In this document: piece by piece, positions 13,649 through 26,827 of the stretch | How the letters are laid out: each line of letters begins with the position of its first letter | Position numbering within the stretch: the stretch's first letter is position 1 | DNA from: Geosiphon pyriformis uo1 | Lineage: Eukaryota > Fungi > Glomeromycota | Length of the DNA stretch: 64,000 nt | Direction: 5' to 3' | Assembly: GCA_016748015.1 (NCBI GenBank) | Contig: JAAOMT010000618.1 | Span: 91,054-155,053 of the forward strand | Notes under the pieces: model-generated | What the model was told of the DNA's origin: nothing | What the model saw: only the letters and a program-made list of their open reading frames with translations | Databases searched by the model: none | Made by a program: the position numbers and the translations under genes

Positions 13649-14560
13649 ATATATTTATTAAAATATTAAAAAAAATTACTAAATTATAAAATAATATTAT
13701 AATAAGTTATATAGAAAAAGAGTTTTTTTTGAAATAATATATTTTAACTTAAAATTATTTTACTTTAAATTTGAAATATTAAATAATTAATTATTATAAA
13801 TCAATAAATTAATTCTTATTTTAAAAACCAAATTTTTTTAATAATTAATATTGCTTCAAATTTTCAAACTTTAATTAATATTTTAAAATTAATTAGCTAT
13901 TAATTTTAAGTTAAAACAAAAGATATTTTATTGTTTTTGTTTTTGTTTTAATTTTAATTTTAATTTTTTTTATATTATTAAAGAGCTTATAATTAAAATT
14001 TACTATAAAGTAATTATACAAAGTAATTATATAAAATCGGCTATTTTATTATAAATTTAACAGCACAAATAATTAAAATATAAAAAAATACTTTAAAAAT
14101 ATTAAAAGTTTAATAGTTTCTATTAATAATAAATTTAACAACAATTTAATATTAAAATATTAAACAAAAATAACTAAAATTTTTGATAATATTTAGTGTT
14201 TTCTTAAAAATTAATACAGTAAAATTTATTTAAAATAGTAATTGTATTTAATACAACAATTTTAAAATATTATTAATTAATTTATATATATTACAAATTA
14301 AGATTTAAAATTCAAGATAAATTATAATTACAAAAAAACTTTTTATTATAAATTAAATTAACAATTATTTTTTTAAAACTACAATATTACAAATCAAACA
14401 AAATTTTTTCACTATTTAATTTATTATTTACATATTTTCAAGAATTTAATTACAATATTATATATTTTTATGAAAAAAAAATCCAATTAATTCTTAATTC
14501 TTTTTTAATTTAGAATTAAAAACCAAAATTAACAACAACAAAAAAACAAAAAAACTTTAA
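13649..14560 (+). mobile_element. Right part of the fossil gypsy-B 5' LTR (to 14191), with fossil PBS and gag start
   Basis: AACTAAAATTTTTGATAATA|TTTAGTGTTTTCTT corresponds to GACCAAAAACYTCYRGTAACA|TTTGGTGCTCTTCT. 14228-14297 aligns without gaps to gag 42661-42730. The right boundary is approximate. Confidence 0.85.
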
Positions 14561-14654
14561 ATTAGCCAAATAATTTATAATATATTAAAAATAATTACTA
14601 AACATTTATAAATATTTAAACAAAAAACTAGCAATAAATTACTACTTTTAATTA

Positions 14655-14920
14655 AATTAAATTTGTATAATATACAAATATAAGTAAATAAATGATTAAA
14701 TTATGTAATATTTAAAACTATATAATATTTAAAAATTTGTTAAAATAATTAAAAACTTGCTAAAATACTTAATAATTCATTAAAATAATTTTTAATTTGC
14801 TAAAATATATATTTAGTTTATTAAAATATTAACAAAAAAAATATTAATCTTAAAATAGTATTATAATAAATTACATAAAAAAAGTTTTTTTTTTAATAAA
14901 ATATATTTTATCTTAGATTT
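14655..14920 (+). mobile_element. Fossil gypsy-B LTR fragment (U3/TATA region)
   Basis: Aligns to 48460-48745 with mostly C->T/G->A changes, e.g. AATAGTATTATAATAAATTACATAAAA versus AATAGTGTTACAACAAGTTGTATAAAA. Confidence 0.7.
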
Positions 14921-15400
14921 AATATATTAAATAATTAATTATTATAAATTAACAAAATAAAATTTATTTTTAAAAATCAATAATTTCTTAATAAGTAAAA
15001 TACTATTATTAATTTTAATAATTATTTAAATTTAAACCAATAATATTTTTTAATATTTTTTTATTTATTATTCTTTTTATTTACTTTTCTATATTATTAA
15101 GTAATCTATAATCGAAATTTTTTGTAATTAAAATTTATAGTCTTATATATTTTAATTATAGTATTTTATTATATTTATAAATTAAAAGTAGTTATTTTGT
15201 GCTAATTTAATATAAAAATTAAAATACTATATTATTATAATTTAATATAACATATTAATAAATAATTTTTTTTTCCATTTTGTTTAATGAGTGCAGTCCA
15301 ACCACTATCTAGTATACAGATGCAAGCTAAGTGAATTTAACTAAATGTGACTCACGCATTTACTATATGTGATCAGCCATTCAGGCCAATCTAGGCAACA

Positions 15401-18400
15401 CTACACACCTACATAAACTTTGATATTATCACAAATACCAGAAAAAAAAAGGCTAGCCTTACACAAACCAAACCTGACAGCAAACACCTTATCTATCCCA
15501 AGAAGACGAACAACTCCACCAGACAAATGTTTAATAGAATCAGCTGAAAGACCAACAGAAATTTCCAAAGCACAAACCAAATCACAATGTTCTATGTCTA
15601 CTCTAAACTTAGCCCTGGTCAACCACAAATCACACCAGTGTTTTTCTGCCAGGCATCAAACAAAATCAGCCACCACCAAAACAGTCCGATTACGATCCTT
15701 GAAATGTGCTGTAGCTTCATTGACCCATTTTCTCAGTACAAAGCCTTTACACAATCGCATATACACTCCTGAATTATGACAACCAGCAAGTAGAGTACAC
15801 AACATAGAAGAGGATGCCGAAGAGCAGTCCACCAGCAACAACTTCCACAAAGCAATCCTGTCCAACAAAATATCAATATGCACAGCTGCCTTACTTCGAC
15901 AAGTAAACACATGATCCAACAATTCAATATCACCATACATTAAACAAAAAACCCCAAGATAACATTTATCATACAATTTTTTATGAATGGCAACTGGTAA
16001 CTTCCTATGGACCACTTTTATTAAGTAGGTATGGAGAATAGCTGAAGCTTGGCTTGTAAAGCCCGATAGCATGTGAGAGTCTGGGTGCCAAACTGAAGCT
16101 GTACACTTCCAATCAACCCTCACAATCAGCTCTTTATCAATCACCACAGAGCCAGGACCAGCCTCCTATTGAGCACAACAAATAGACCTATAAATATCCC
16201 GAACAAAATGTCAAGCATTGCCCAAGACAACTTGACCACAAGCCATGACGTACCTTTTCCGAACACTTATAGAAAAAGACAAATTGGAGTGAGTAGCATG
16301 CCCAGCCAAAGCATTGGCCTTGTCATTGTGAGCATCATCTAAATGGCCCTTCACTTTTACCCACCCAACAGAAAGATTTTTATCCTCAATCAACTTGCAA
16401 ATATAATGCCTCTCCACCCAACATTTGTTCCTAAAATCAAGAGCAATTAAACCCAATTCTAAAGCACATGCATCAATAACAGCCTGACTATCAGTGTTAA
16501 TAACAACCAAGCATAAAGAAGGAACACATTCCAGTACCAGGACTACAACATGAAGTTCAGTCATAGTAGAAGAAAGCAATCTACTGACCTCAATGCCAAT
16601 ACCCACACCAGCATCGGAAAAATAAGCTGCAGCCCCACCTACAACCTCAGCAATACCCAAATGAAACAGAGAACTATCAGTATACATTGCAAAGGCATCA
16701 GACCAGGACTCATGTAAACATTTCTGAACAACCAAATATCTTTCCGAATCAAAAAAGTTTGAGCCACTAGAGACTGTAGACAGACCACCAGAAATGAGAT
16801 GATGACCATTCATGAATGCAGAAACTTTGAAGTACCACAAGGGTACAGAACCTCTGGAACTTAGTCTCTTCCAGTGGCGAAAAGTCCTCCAACTGAGAAC
16901 CGATCCATCTTTGCCCAATAACCTGTTACCAAAAGCAACACCAAAACACTTTAAAGAGAGAACCACACCAAAATAAAAGGAGCTACCCAAGATTGTTGAC
17001 ACAGAAAAGTGACCAGCATCATGAAAAGCACAAGGCAAATTGTTGGCCAAATATATATCATTGTCCAAAAAAATTCTAACCATACCAGTGAGAAAATTGT
17101 TAAAAGAACTAACCCTCAACTTAACAAGATGTCGCAAGGGGTTTAATAGAACCCACTCTAATATCTATAGATCCAAAAAACGGTGTTCAAACAAACACCC
17201 CAGAATACTAGGCACATTTGAGAACCAAACCAATAAAGCCACCTTTCCTTTAGCCTGGATCTGTTCAAAAGTCTTTACACCATAAAAGGAGGGATAATGT
17301 AAAGCCTTACTGGAAAAATTTCGAGACAAATTTGCTTTAGATTTGAGACTCTTCCTCAACATAACATCCCATTTCAAGCAGACACTCTTAGAAACAAAGC
17401 TGAATTGTGTGCAATAGCTGACAATGGGTTGCAGAACCAAAGACACCAAGTATACAAATTGTTTATCCATCAAAGCTTTCCTGAGAACCATATTGGAAAA
17501 GAACCTGACATCCAACTGAGCTTTGGCTAAACTGGGTTTAAACAACCTGTCTGTTGACAAAAAATGCCCAGATATCTGTGAGCCTCACCCTGTTTAGCAA
17601 TAGAGATAGATAGTCCATTAATATACAGAGACACATTCGAAACTCTTTTGTTAATAAGAATTGCCACAGTTTTATCACTGTTAATTGCGATATCATTGAT
17701 CTCAAAAAATTTGCCCACAATATCCAAGATATGTTGTGTCAATGCTTGACTATTACCAATCCAGATAGTATTATTCACAAATGCACCTGCTGTAAAAAAT
17801 GAAGACTGACCACCACTAGACTTAATTCTGCCAGATTTCACTATAAAGTTGGTATTGATTCTGTAACCATATAAATGTTCATGATCTTTAACCTCGCACA
17901 ACAAAGGGTCATAAAAAATCCTCCACAAGAGAAGAGAGAAGACCTCTCCTTGATCCAAACCATCCAACACATTGTATCCATCCGAGAGGCCAAAATCAGT
18001 CATCACTCTATTAATTCTGCCTACATATAAATTTCTGAAAAATGACACAAATCTGTCACATATTTTAATTTGCTTCAAACTGGCTTCTAACTGCCACCAA
18101 CCAACAGAATCATAGGCCTTACACATATTCTGCAACACCAACCAAACCTCCTTATTTTTTTCCAGAGCATCTTTTACAATCGAATCAACAGTGAAAACCA
18201 GAGATTGAGTGGAAGTACCCTTCAAAACTAAGAAATTATCACTTCAGAGAACATCAAATCTGGAACAGGCTGAAGAAATACAGTCAGACAATAATTTAGA
18301 GAGTATTTTTCTGGCAGTCTTGATTAACACAATGGGCCTTGTATTCGTAAGAATGCTATCCCATTCATATGGTTTGGGGATCATAGAAACCCAAGCTCTT

Positions 18401-20085
18401 TTCCAAAGGACTGGAACCTTACTGATATCTAGACAAAAATTCAAGAGACCTAACAAACACTTAAGCATATCATCACTACAATGTTTCCATAGCTCGTTAG
18501 AGATACTAAACAAGCCAGCTGCTTTGCCATCAGGTAGATCCAAAATTACTTTCACCAATTCACTGAAATAGATGTCATTCATGACATCAGAGAAGGCATC
18601 ATCTCTCACATAATCCAAAGGTGCATATTGGTGAGTCCACCTGGAGGGCATTACTGAAGGTAATATACACTCCCTTGTCTAGTTAACCATGATACTGTCG
18701 ACCCTGCTTTTTACCTCAATTGGATCCAAAACCAGTTCATCGCCTATGACCAAGTGGTCCAAAACAACTTTACAAAAAGGCCACTCCAAAATACTCCTAA
18801 TTATGCCACCTTTGTTAGAACTGAAATTCTCCATGTGTTTATTGATAGCACTCCAGATTGCTGTATTCTTTACTATTCTGGATTCATAATACTTAGACTT
18901 CTTATAACACTTCCTAACCTGAGACAGATGCTTGAAAACCTCCACTGAATCAGCCCCATTTTGAACCAAAAAATCAAACTTGAAAGCCTCTTTATAATCA
19001 ACTAGAAACCATCTCTTGATTAGACGATCACACTTATGCTTATCACCTGTATTTAAACTCTTGATGATCTTTGCCACCAACAATTCAAGTCCAAGGAACT
19101 TTGATGAATATCTGTTTCTTAAACAGTCAAATTCACTAAACCAGTGTCTAGAAAACATAGCATCAGCAGCTCTTACCATAATTCCACACAACACGTTCCA
19201 CATCTCATCCAGATTACCAAGAACCTTAGCACTCAAGAAACTGCTTATGATTAAAGACAGAGCAGCAGACACATTATCCTTAAAACATAACCATTTGAGA
19301 GGGTCAGCATTCTTAAAGTCAAACTTCCATCTGTCTCTGTTGGTTTGTTTGCGAATACTGTTTAGTTAAACATCAAAAAAACCCCCCAATCCAATTGAAA
19401 TTGAAATCATCTTATGGTCCATGTCAAAAAACTCCAAAACCATGCCAATGTTTTGCTTCATCAGAGCAGAAACTAAATTTTTACTGACAAAAATATAATC
19501 AATAACTTTTTTCACATTTCTGAAATTGCTCCATATAAGTGAACTAACCAAAGAATGTTTTTTGAAAGAGTTAACAAGACCTAGATCCACGCATTTTCTA
19601 AGACTAGCACTTTTCTTGGTATCTGATTCATTGAAGTCCCCATCCAAGATAACAAAAAAACTTGAGTTGATAGCACTAGCAATCAAGGAGTTGACAACAA
19701 GAGCCTGACCAAAACACACACCAGCAAACACACCTGTGTAGATACCCATAATTGTAACCGAAAGTTTGCCCTTAAACAAGAGCCGAATTGAAATCAACCG
19801 ACCAGGAATCTCATCAATCTTTGAAACATGCTGAGCCACAGAAAAGTTCATAATAACAGCCACGCCAGTACCAGAAGAACCTGTATCAAGACCTGACATG
19901 AAAATGCGAACACCAGAGAACTTATTCATGATCCACGGCTTAACACCAGATTTTAACTTTGTCTCCGTAATGATAGAAATGTTATTTCCAGACTCCATGT
20001 GTCATCTAACTACATCACCTTGTTTGGCAGAAACATTTACACCTCTCACATTACATGTTACAATTCTCCAAACCAAACTGTTCAT
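15401..20085 (-). pseudogene. LINE ORF2 (APE-RT-RNaseH-CCHC), multiple stops
   Basis: ATG at 20085 (MNSLVWRIVTCNV). Motifs ITETKL, DGDFN, IDYIF, LQNMCKAYDSV, GLDQGE, AFVNN, MYTDSS, DSQAVI, KVKGH, CLMYGDIELLDHVFTC. Confidence 0.92.
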
Positions 20086-21935
20086 TAAGATAAAGAAGAG
20101 ACTACAGAACTCGAGCCAGCACACATCTAATCTAACTTCTCCAATACTGAACAAACTGAAACTTTAAGAGCCATCAACTTCAACTCCAACCAGTTCATTT
20201 TTGAAGTCAAAATTTTTGAACTACTTGAACCTAAATTTGAGACACCAGAGGAAACTGAAAAGGGAGGAAAAACCACAGGCTTAGGATCATTCAGAACCAT
20301 ATCTGAACCAAATTCTACATTTGCTGTAACAAGAATAACCAAGGGCTGAGAAGAAAAGACAAGAGCCATGGGCACCAGATTCAAATTGTCAAGTTTGTTT
20401 ACAATACCAGACACCTTATCTGTGAGAAGTTCCAAAAAATGCTCCAAAGAAATGAGACAAGTTTCCAAAAATGAATTAACAGGAACCACAAGAGACGAGT
20501 AACCAACCACATCTGAGGCACCAAAAGAGAAGCCAAAACCAGAACCAGAACCAAAATGAGGACCATTAGACAAAGATACCAGAGAGACAACCTGGACCCA
20601 TGATTTGTCACCAAATGCAGCCAGTCAAGAAATAGGCACACTCTTTTTCACATATAGCTTGGCCAACTGGAGGCAGTTCTCATCAGAAACAACTCTTTTA
20701 AATGACTTGAAAAGTTTAGGAGAAGTTGAGATCTCAGCATCACACTTTAGAACAAAATGACCAAGTTTTCCACACCGTTTACACCGAACCAGATCCAATC
20801 TAGCCCAAAAAAGTTTCACCCCACCAAAAATAGGCTCCATACAAAACGCAGACTCCAATATCTTATCATTTTCAAAACAAACCACAGCACAATGAACTCT
20901 ATTGCCAGTGTCTAAGAATCGATTTATGACACAAGTTTTTTCACCAGCTCCTGCCAAAAGATTACCAAGATCATAAGCCATTGTTTCCACCAGCAAAGTA
21001 AACAAAAGCGCCTTATACCGATCTCTAGATGTCTATGTCTTATGATCCCCTACAGCTTTGACCACGCGCACTGAATTTTTCCCAATTAAGAATAACTACT
21101 CAGCTGCCAACTGATCTGCCTGACTCGATTCGGCAAACTCCATTACAGCCTTCTGCCACAGCCTAATGAGTTGCAATCAGATTGACACCACTTGACCAAA
21201 CTCAGATACTGTGGTGACAATCATTTCTTTTGGCATATCTATGGGAATTTTTTTGATTACTACGGCCTGATCTGAAGGAAATCCTTGTCTCTTAAGATCA
21301 CTGTTTACAATGATGTTGTTATTTTTGGCCAATGAGGCAGCCTTCTCCATGCTTGCTTCAGAGGTGAAGGTAGATCTGATGATCTCTTCAAATTTTGAAG
21401 AGGTAGTGGCCCCTCCAAAACCATTGATTCCTGAAAATAATTTTCTTATGACCTGAGTTTTGGTCGTTGTTGATTTCTTTTCTACAGCCGAAAGATTGAT
21501 GTCCAAAGTGAAAGATTTTTTCACAGCTACTTCCACCTGAGTTCTAATGATTTTGGGATCAATCCACGCCTTATCCAAAGAGAAAGACTTATGGGAAGAA
21601 AGAAAAACCTCTTCTTCCTCCTCCATGTCATAATTAATAGAGCCGAGAAGGGAGCCAATAATTGCACTATTATTGAAACACTTGGCTTGGGGTGTATTTA
21701 TCTTGAAATCAGATACTTCTTCACTTTCGGAAGCCTTCTCATCAGTATCTATGCTATTAGACTGCCTGATCACTTGACCAGACCTATTACCTTTGAGAAC
21801 CACACCTTTACTTGAGAGCTTAACACCACCGGGAGGTATTTTAATCTTATAACTTGAATCACTACCAACTGAACTAGAAGTTGGAACTCTGGTCGACCTT
21901 TTTTTAGCACCAGTATCACTCATGGGAGCAGTCAA
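20082..21935 (-). pseudogene. LINE ORF1 with CCHC knuckle
   Basis: CKRCGKLGHFVLKC; AVVIKKIPIDMPKE; C-terminal heptad region. Confidence 0.87.
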
Positions 21936-23099
21936 GACAACAATAAAAGGATTTGGTTCTTGTAAAGTGTTGGAAGACAGTATGAAATAACAGAAAAAAC
22001 TTCTTTTAAAATATGATTCTTTTTCAGGAATTTGGGATGAAAGAGAGAAAAAAGATCTTATAAATAATAATAAAAAACAAAATTATATAACAATAAAAAT
22101 AATTAAAAAGTAATTAAATTTTAACAAGCAAATTAAATAAATAAAATTTAATATACAAATTAATTTTATAATATTTTAATTATTATTTTTTTCAAAAGAT
22201 AACAAAAAAATAAAAAAATAATTTATATTGTTAATAAAAAATAATACATTAATATAATTTTATATTTTATGTTAATACTTTTAAAATTTAATATCAAAAA
22301 TTATTTGGATTTTTAATAAGTATTTATTCAATATATTTTACAATATAATTATACAAATAAAAAAAAATTAAAAAAAATAAAAAGTTAAATAAAACAAATA
22401 ATATTTACATAATTTAAAACTTATATTTTTTATTTATAATATTTATTATATATATATTTTTTAATTAATAATAATTATAAAAGTTAAATAACAACAAAAA
22501 TTTCTTAAAGACATAAATATTTAAAGTAATCTAATTATCTAAGTTAATTAAAATCTTATTAAAAAATAAAACACAATTTAATAGTAAAGTAAAACTTATA
22601 AAGCTTAGTTGCTTAATAAGTTTTTTTATTTTAAATACAATAAACATAATATTAATAACATTAAATTTTATATTTATTATATTTTTAATAAATATAATTT
22701 TATTAATATAAAAAATCTATTTTGAAAATTTAAACCAAATATTTTAATAATTTTAGAAATTAATAAATTAAATTTGAATAATTTAAATAATATTTTGGTT
22801 TTAATATTATTAAAATTATAAGACCAAATTTTTTTGAATATTTATTAATTAAATTATATATAATATTATAAATAAAAATCTATATTAATTTTATATTACC
22901 AACATTTTTAAAATTATAAAAATTAATTATTTTTAACAAAAAAACATTTTTAAAATAAGTTTACTTAATATTATTTATATTTTTATCAATTTTTATTTAT
23001 TTTTTTTTGTAAAATAGTTAATTATATATTTAGAAAACTATTTAATCTAATTAAAATAAAAATATTTTTGTAATTAATATTAAAAAATTATTTATATTT

Positions 23100-23745
23100 A
23101 AAATTTTTTAACTAATTATATTAATATTTAATAATACAAAAAAAAATATAATTAATTGTTTTTTTAATTTTTTGAGAATTTTTTTATATTATTGTTTTAA
23201 TTATAGAATAATCCAATAAAAAATTAACCAAATTAAAATTTATTTATTTTTTAAAGTTAATATATTTCTTAAAATTATTTTTATTAAAGTTATTATTTAA
23301 AATTACAAAAAAACTCTTATTTATAATCTTAATTATCAAAAAATCAATATTTTTAGCTTAAATTATATTGTTTTAAAGAAGTATTAGTATAAAGCTCCAA
23401 AATTAAAACAAAAAACTTATTTTTAAATAACAATTTAATTATCAATTATTTTAAAAATTATATATATATATGCTAAACCAAATTATTGTTTATGATAATT
23501 ATAATTTTAGAATCTAAATAATTAATATTTAAACTAAAAATAAAAATTTTTATATTATTAAATTTGTTTTTAATTCAAGATTTTATTTAATTATTTAATT
23601 TTATTTTAATAATTATAAAATCCAATTTGTTTATATTTTAAAATTATTTTATAATATTTTTTGTTTTACAATATTGTTTATGTTTTTAATATTATATATA
23701 GTAATTTTTAAATCAAATTAGTTATTAAAAAAGAAAAAAACCAGT
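23100..23745 (-). mobile_element. Fossil LINE endonuclease region inside an AT desert
   Basis: TTATTTTTATTAAAGTTATTATTTAAAATTACAAAAAAAC matches TCATTTTCATTAAAGTTACCACCCAAAACCACAAAAAAGC (~53497-53536, the GGNFNE codons). Further collinear matches run along 53630-53960. The fossil may extend left to ~22070. Confidence 0.7.
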
Positions 23746-23933
23746 ATTAATACATAATTAATTCAGCTTTACAAACATTAATTAAATAATAACAATAATA
23801 AAAATATAAAAATAGTAATTTTTTATGAAAAATTTTGGAAATTTTTGGTAATTATAATAATAATATTAAAATTAATTTTAATTAAAAATTATATATTTGT
23901 AATTTTATTTATAATAGTATTAATAAGATATTG

Positions 23934-23945
<12 letters not shown>

Positions 23946-23964
<19 letters not shown>

Positions 23965-23975
23965 ATAAAATAAAA
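23946..23975. repeat. (TAAAA)6 microsatellite
   Basis: Seen directly. Confidence 0.9.
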
Positions 23976-24460
23976 TTTTTAAGATATTAAATATAATAAT
24001 AAAATTATTTTATTACTGAATTAAGTAGTCATTTAAATAAATTAATCAAATACTATAATAAAAATAATTGTTTATAGATAAATAGATGTATACATATTTT
24101 AGATTTTTGAAAAAAATTCTAAATAAAAATTTCTTTAACATTAAATTACCAACTTCAAAAAATATTTTAATTATTTAAATTAATTGCAAATAATATGTTA
24201 TTTAAGAAATTATGTATATATATTTTAACAAAGGTATAATAAAAATAAATGAATAATTAATACACCTGGTTTCTTATTTTTATCAAATTTCATATACATT
24301 TCAAATTGGTTTTTTTTTTGAGATAAAAATTAAACAATATTTTCAACATATTGTATTTTTTGTGTTTAAAAGATTTTTCACTGAAAATTCAAATATCATT
24401 TTATTAAATTGTAGTGTAATGCTTAAATCATTAATTTTATTTTTGAATCTTTAATTCTAA

Positions 24461-24484
24461 TATATATATATATATATATATATA
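24461..24484. repeat. (TA)12 microsatellite
   Basis: Seen directly. Confidence 0.9.
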
Positions 24485-25077
24485 CATTCACTTTAAGTTT
24501 GAATTTAACACATTGAGATTCGAAAGTTTACGGTTGAAAAGCGTCCGTTAATAAAACTTTTCTATTTTAATGTTAAACAAATCACAATAACAAATATATA
24601 GTTATTTTCATAAAAATATCTATTATTAAAGCATAATCTCGAAATTATTTTATTTCAAAATATAAAGCCAAATAAATAAAATTATTAAATAAATTAAAGG
24701 CTTAATATCTAAGTAAATTTATGTCGAGTTTAATTCAATATAAATTGATTAATAAAGGTTATTTTTTTAATAACTCGTTTAGGCAACAAGACAATAAGAC
24801 AATGGGGAAACTTGTTTAGCGTCCTTCTTTGTGTACTATTGCTACTTATTTTTAGTATGATTTGTAACGAATCACAGTCTGATGAATAAGGTTAATAAAT
24901 TGATTTGTTATATTATATGCGAACATGGAAGAAACAACATAAAATAAGAACTCGTCTTTAGACAAATAACTTTCTAAACGTGACTATCAAATAAACCTTT
25001 TAAAGAAACCCTCTTTCGAATAATAAGACTTATTCAAATTTTATCCTTCTATATATCTTTTGTTCTTTATTCACATT

Positions 25078-26827
25078 ATGGAAAACAAAGAAATTAATAG
25101 ATATCATCTAGATGCTCATGATTGTAATAAATGTGATAGATGTCAACGGAGTATTCTAAATAATATTTATAATTATTGTATTGTATGCCAATTCATATTT
25201 TTTAAAAAACATTATAAGGACTTTTCAAGCGGCAATGAAGAAGTTGATGAAATAATTAAGAATCCAATCTATATTCCATCTAATGATGAAGATAACTATC
25301 ATGATAGATTGAATTACTATGAATGGATTTCATGGGAGCGTTTGTTGAATATCAAGGAAATTGCTAGAGGAGGGTTCGGTATAATTTATAAAGCAACCCT
25401 AATTGATGGATTAATTGATTCATTGAGTATAAAGCATTATGGTTCAATGGAATATGAAAGAGACAGAATAGGCAAAGAAGTAGCAATAAAATTTATAAAA
25501 ACCAACGGTTCAGAAGTGATTAAAGAGGTAAAAAAAATTATTATTATTATTATTATTATTATTATTTATATTTACTGTTTAATTCATATTTACCTATTAT
25601 TTATTTATTTACTGTATATTATCTATTCACTTTTTTACACTGTGTTGATAGTTAAATATTCAAAGAGGTATGTTAATCAAGGGCTATCTATTCAATATCT
25701 CTTCAATATATGGGATTACGCAAAACGCTGAAACACTCGAGTATGGAATTGTGATGGAGTTTGCCAATCATGGAGACCTGAGAATATATTTATCAACAAA
25801 TTTTCATTCTGCGAGTTGGCTTGATAAATTAAGGATCGTTCATGGAATAGTCAACGGGCTTGAGGAGATTCATTCTTCTGGTACGGTTCATCGTAACCTA
25901 CACCCGGGCAACATCCTACTTGTAGAAAATCTATTTGGCTGTAAGCCTAGAATTGGAGACCTCGGATTATCTCAACCTACAAACCCTCAAACAACAACAG
26001 AAACAACGGCATCAACATCGAACTCAGAAACGACAACAAGTTCAAGAACAACAGCAGCAGCAACAACAACAATAACAACTACAACAAAAACAATAACAAC
26101 AATAACAACAAAAACAACAACGGATGAGAAAAGATATATGGAGTGATTCCATACATCCCACCAGAAGTTTTAAAAGGAGAAAAGTTTACAACGGCTGGTG
26201 ATATTTATAGTTTTGGCATGATATTATGGGAATTAGTAACAGGAAAACCTCCCTTTCATGATTATTCTCATGATAATATCCTTATAATGGCTATTTTAAA
26301 TGGGGCTAGGCCTAAGATTACCTTCCCACTTATTCCACCTTCAATTGCCGAAATAATTAAAAAGTGTTGGCATCCTAATCCTAAGAATCGTCCTACTGCC
26401 AAGGAAGTTGAAAAGAAGTTGGAGGAACTTGAATATATAGATGAAGAGTTTGAGAATGAGAATCAGTTTAAAGAATCAGAGAAATACGTAAAAGAAATGT
26501 TAAAGAACGACTCAAAAACAACAACTCACATTCATCCAGGAGCAGTTTATACAAGTCGCCCTTTAATTTTGCAAATGATGGATTTTTCTAAAGGTTAGTT
26601 GATTTGATTTGATTTGATTTAATTCATAAAAGATAAACTTTTTAATTGATCATTCCTTTGATTTAATTATTACATATTAAAAATTTACCTTAATTTATTT
26701 TACTTTATAAAAGAATTAGTCTATTTGCCTGAAGGTAAGAAATTATATCTATCATTAATCATTAATCATTATGTTCACATTTAACACTTATTTTTTTTAC
26801 TTTTTAATATATTTAGACGATTCTTAA
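25078..26827 (+). pseudogene. TKL-type protein kinase (probable pseudokinase/pseudogene); exons 25078-25527, 25652-26593, 26714-26734, 26817-26827
   Basis: Motifs IARGGFGIIY, VAIK, IVMEFANHGDL, HRNLHPGNIL, IGDLGLS, PYIPPE, DIYSFGMILWE, CWHPNPKNRP, HPGAVYTSR, plus an N-terminal CxxC-CxxC module. GT-AG introns 25528-25651, 26594-26713 and 26735-26816 keep the frame (KE|LNIQRG; ..SKELVYLPEDDS*). A 1-nt frameshift lies near 26127-26132 (the other frame reads KIYGVIPY). Confidence 0.88.
25989..26122 (+). repeat. ACA-rich imperfect trinucleotide repeat encoding a Thr-rich insert in the kinase activation segment
   Basis: About 45 codons, TTTETTASTSNSETTTSSRTTAAATTTITTTTKTITTITTKTTT, between DLG and the YGVIPY motif. 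Confidence 0.9.

Larger units (their letters stand above)
15267..22059 (-). mobile_element. Full-length LINE, decayed
   Basis: Poly-T at 15266-15274. 9-bp TSD ATAAATAAT at 15258-15266 and 22060-22068. 6.8 kb, with the same ORF1/ORF2 layout as the first LINE. Confidence 0.93.

Noticed and set aside
6088-19708. Many short + strand ORFs opposite the LINEs
   Set aside because: These are antisense shadows of ORF1 and ORF2, with no motifs and no conserved boundaries between copies.
25528-25731. Hydrophobic IIIIIIII tail of ORF 25060-25731 suggesting a TM segment
   Set aside because: It is read-through into intron 1, which contains an (ATT)n repeat.
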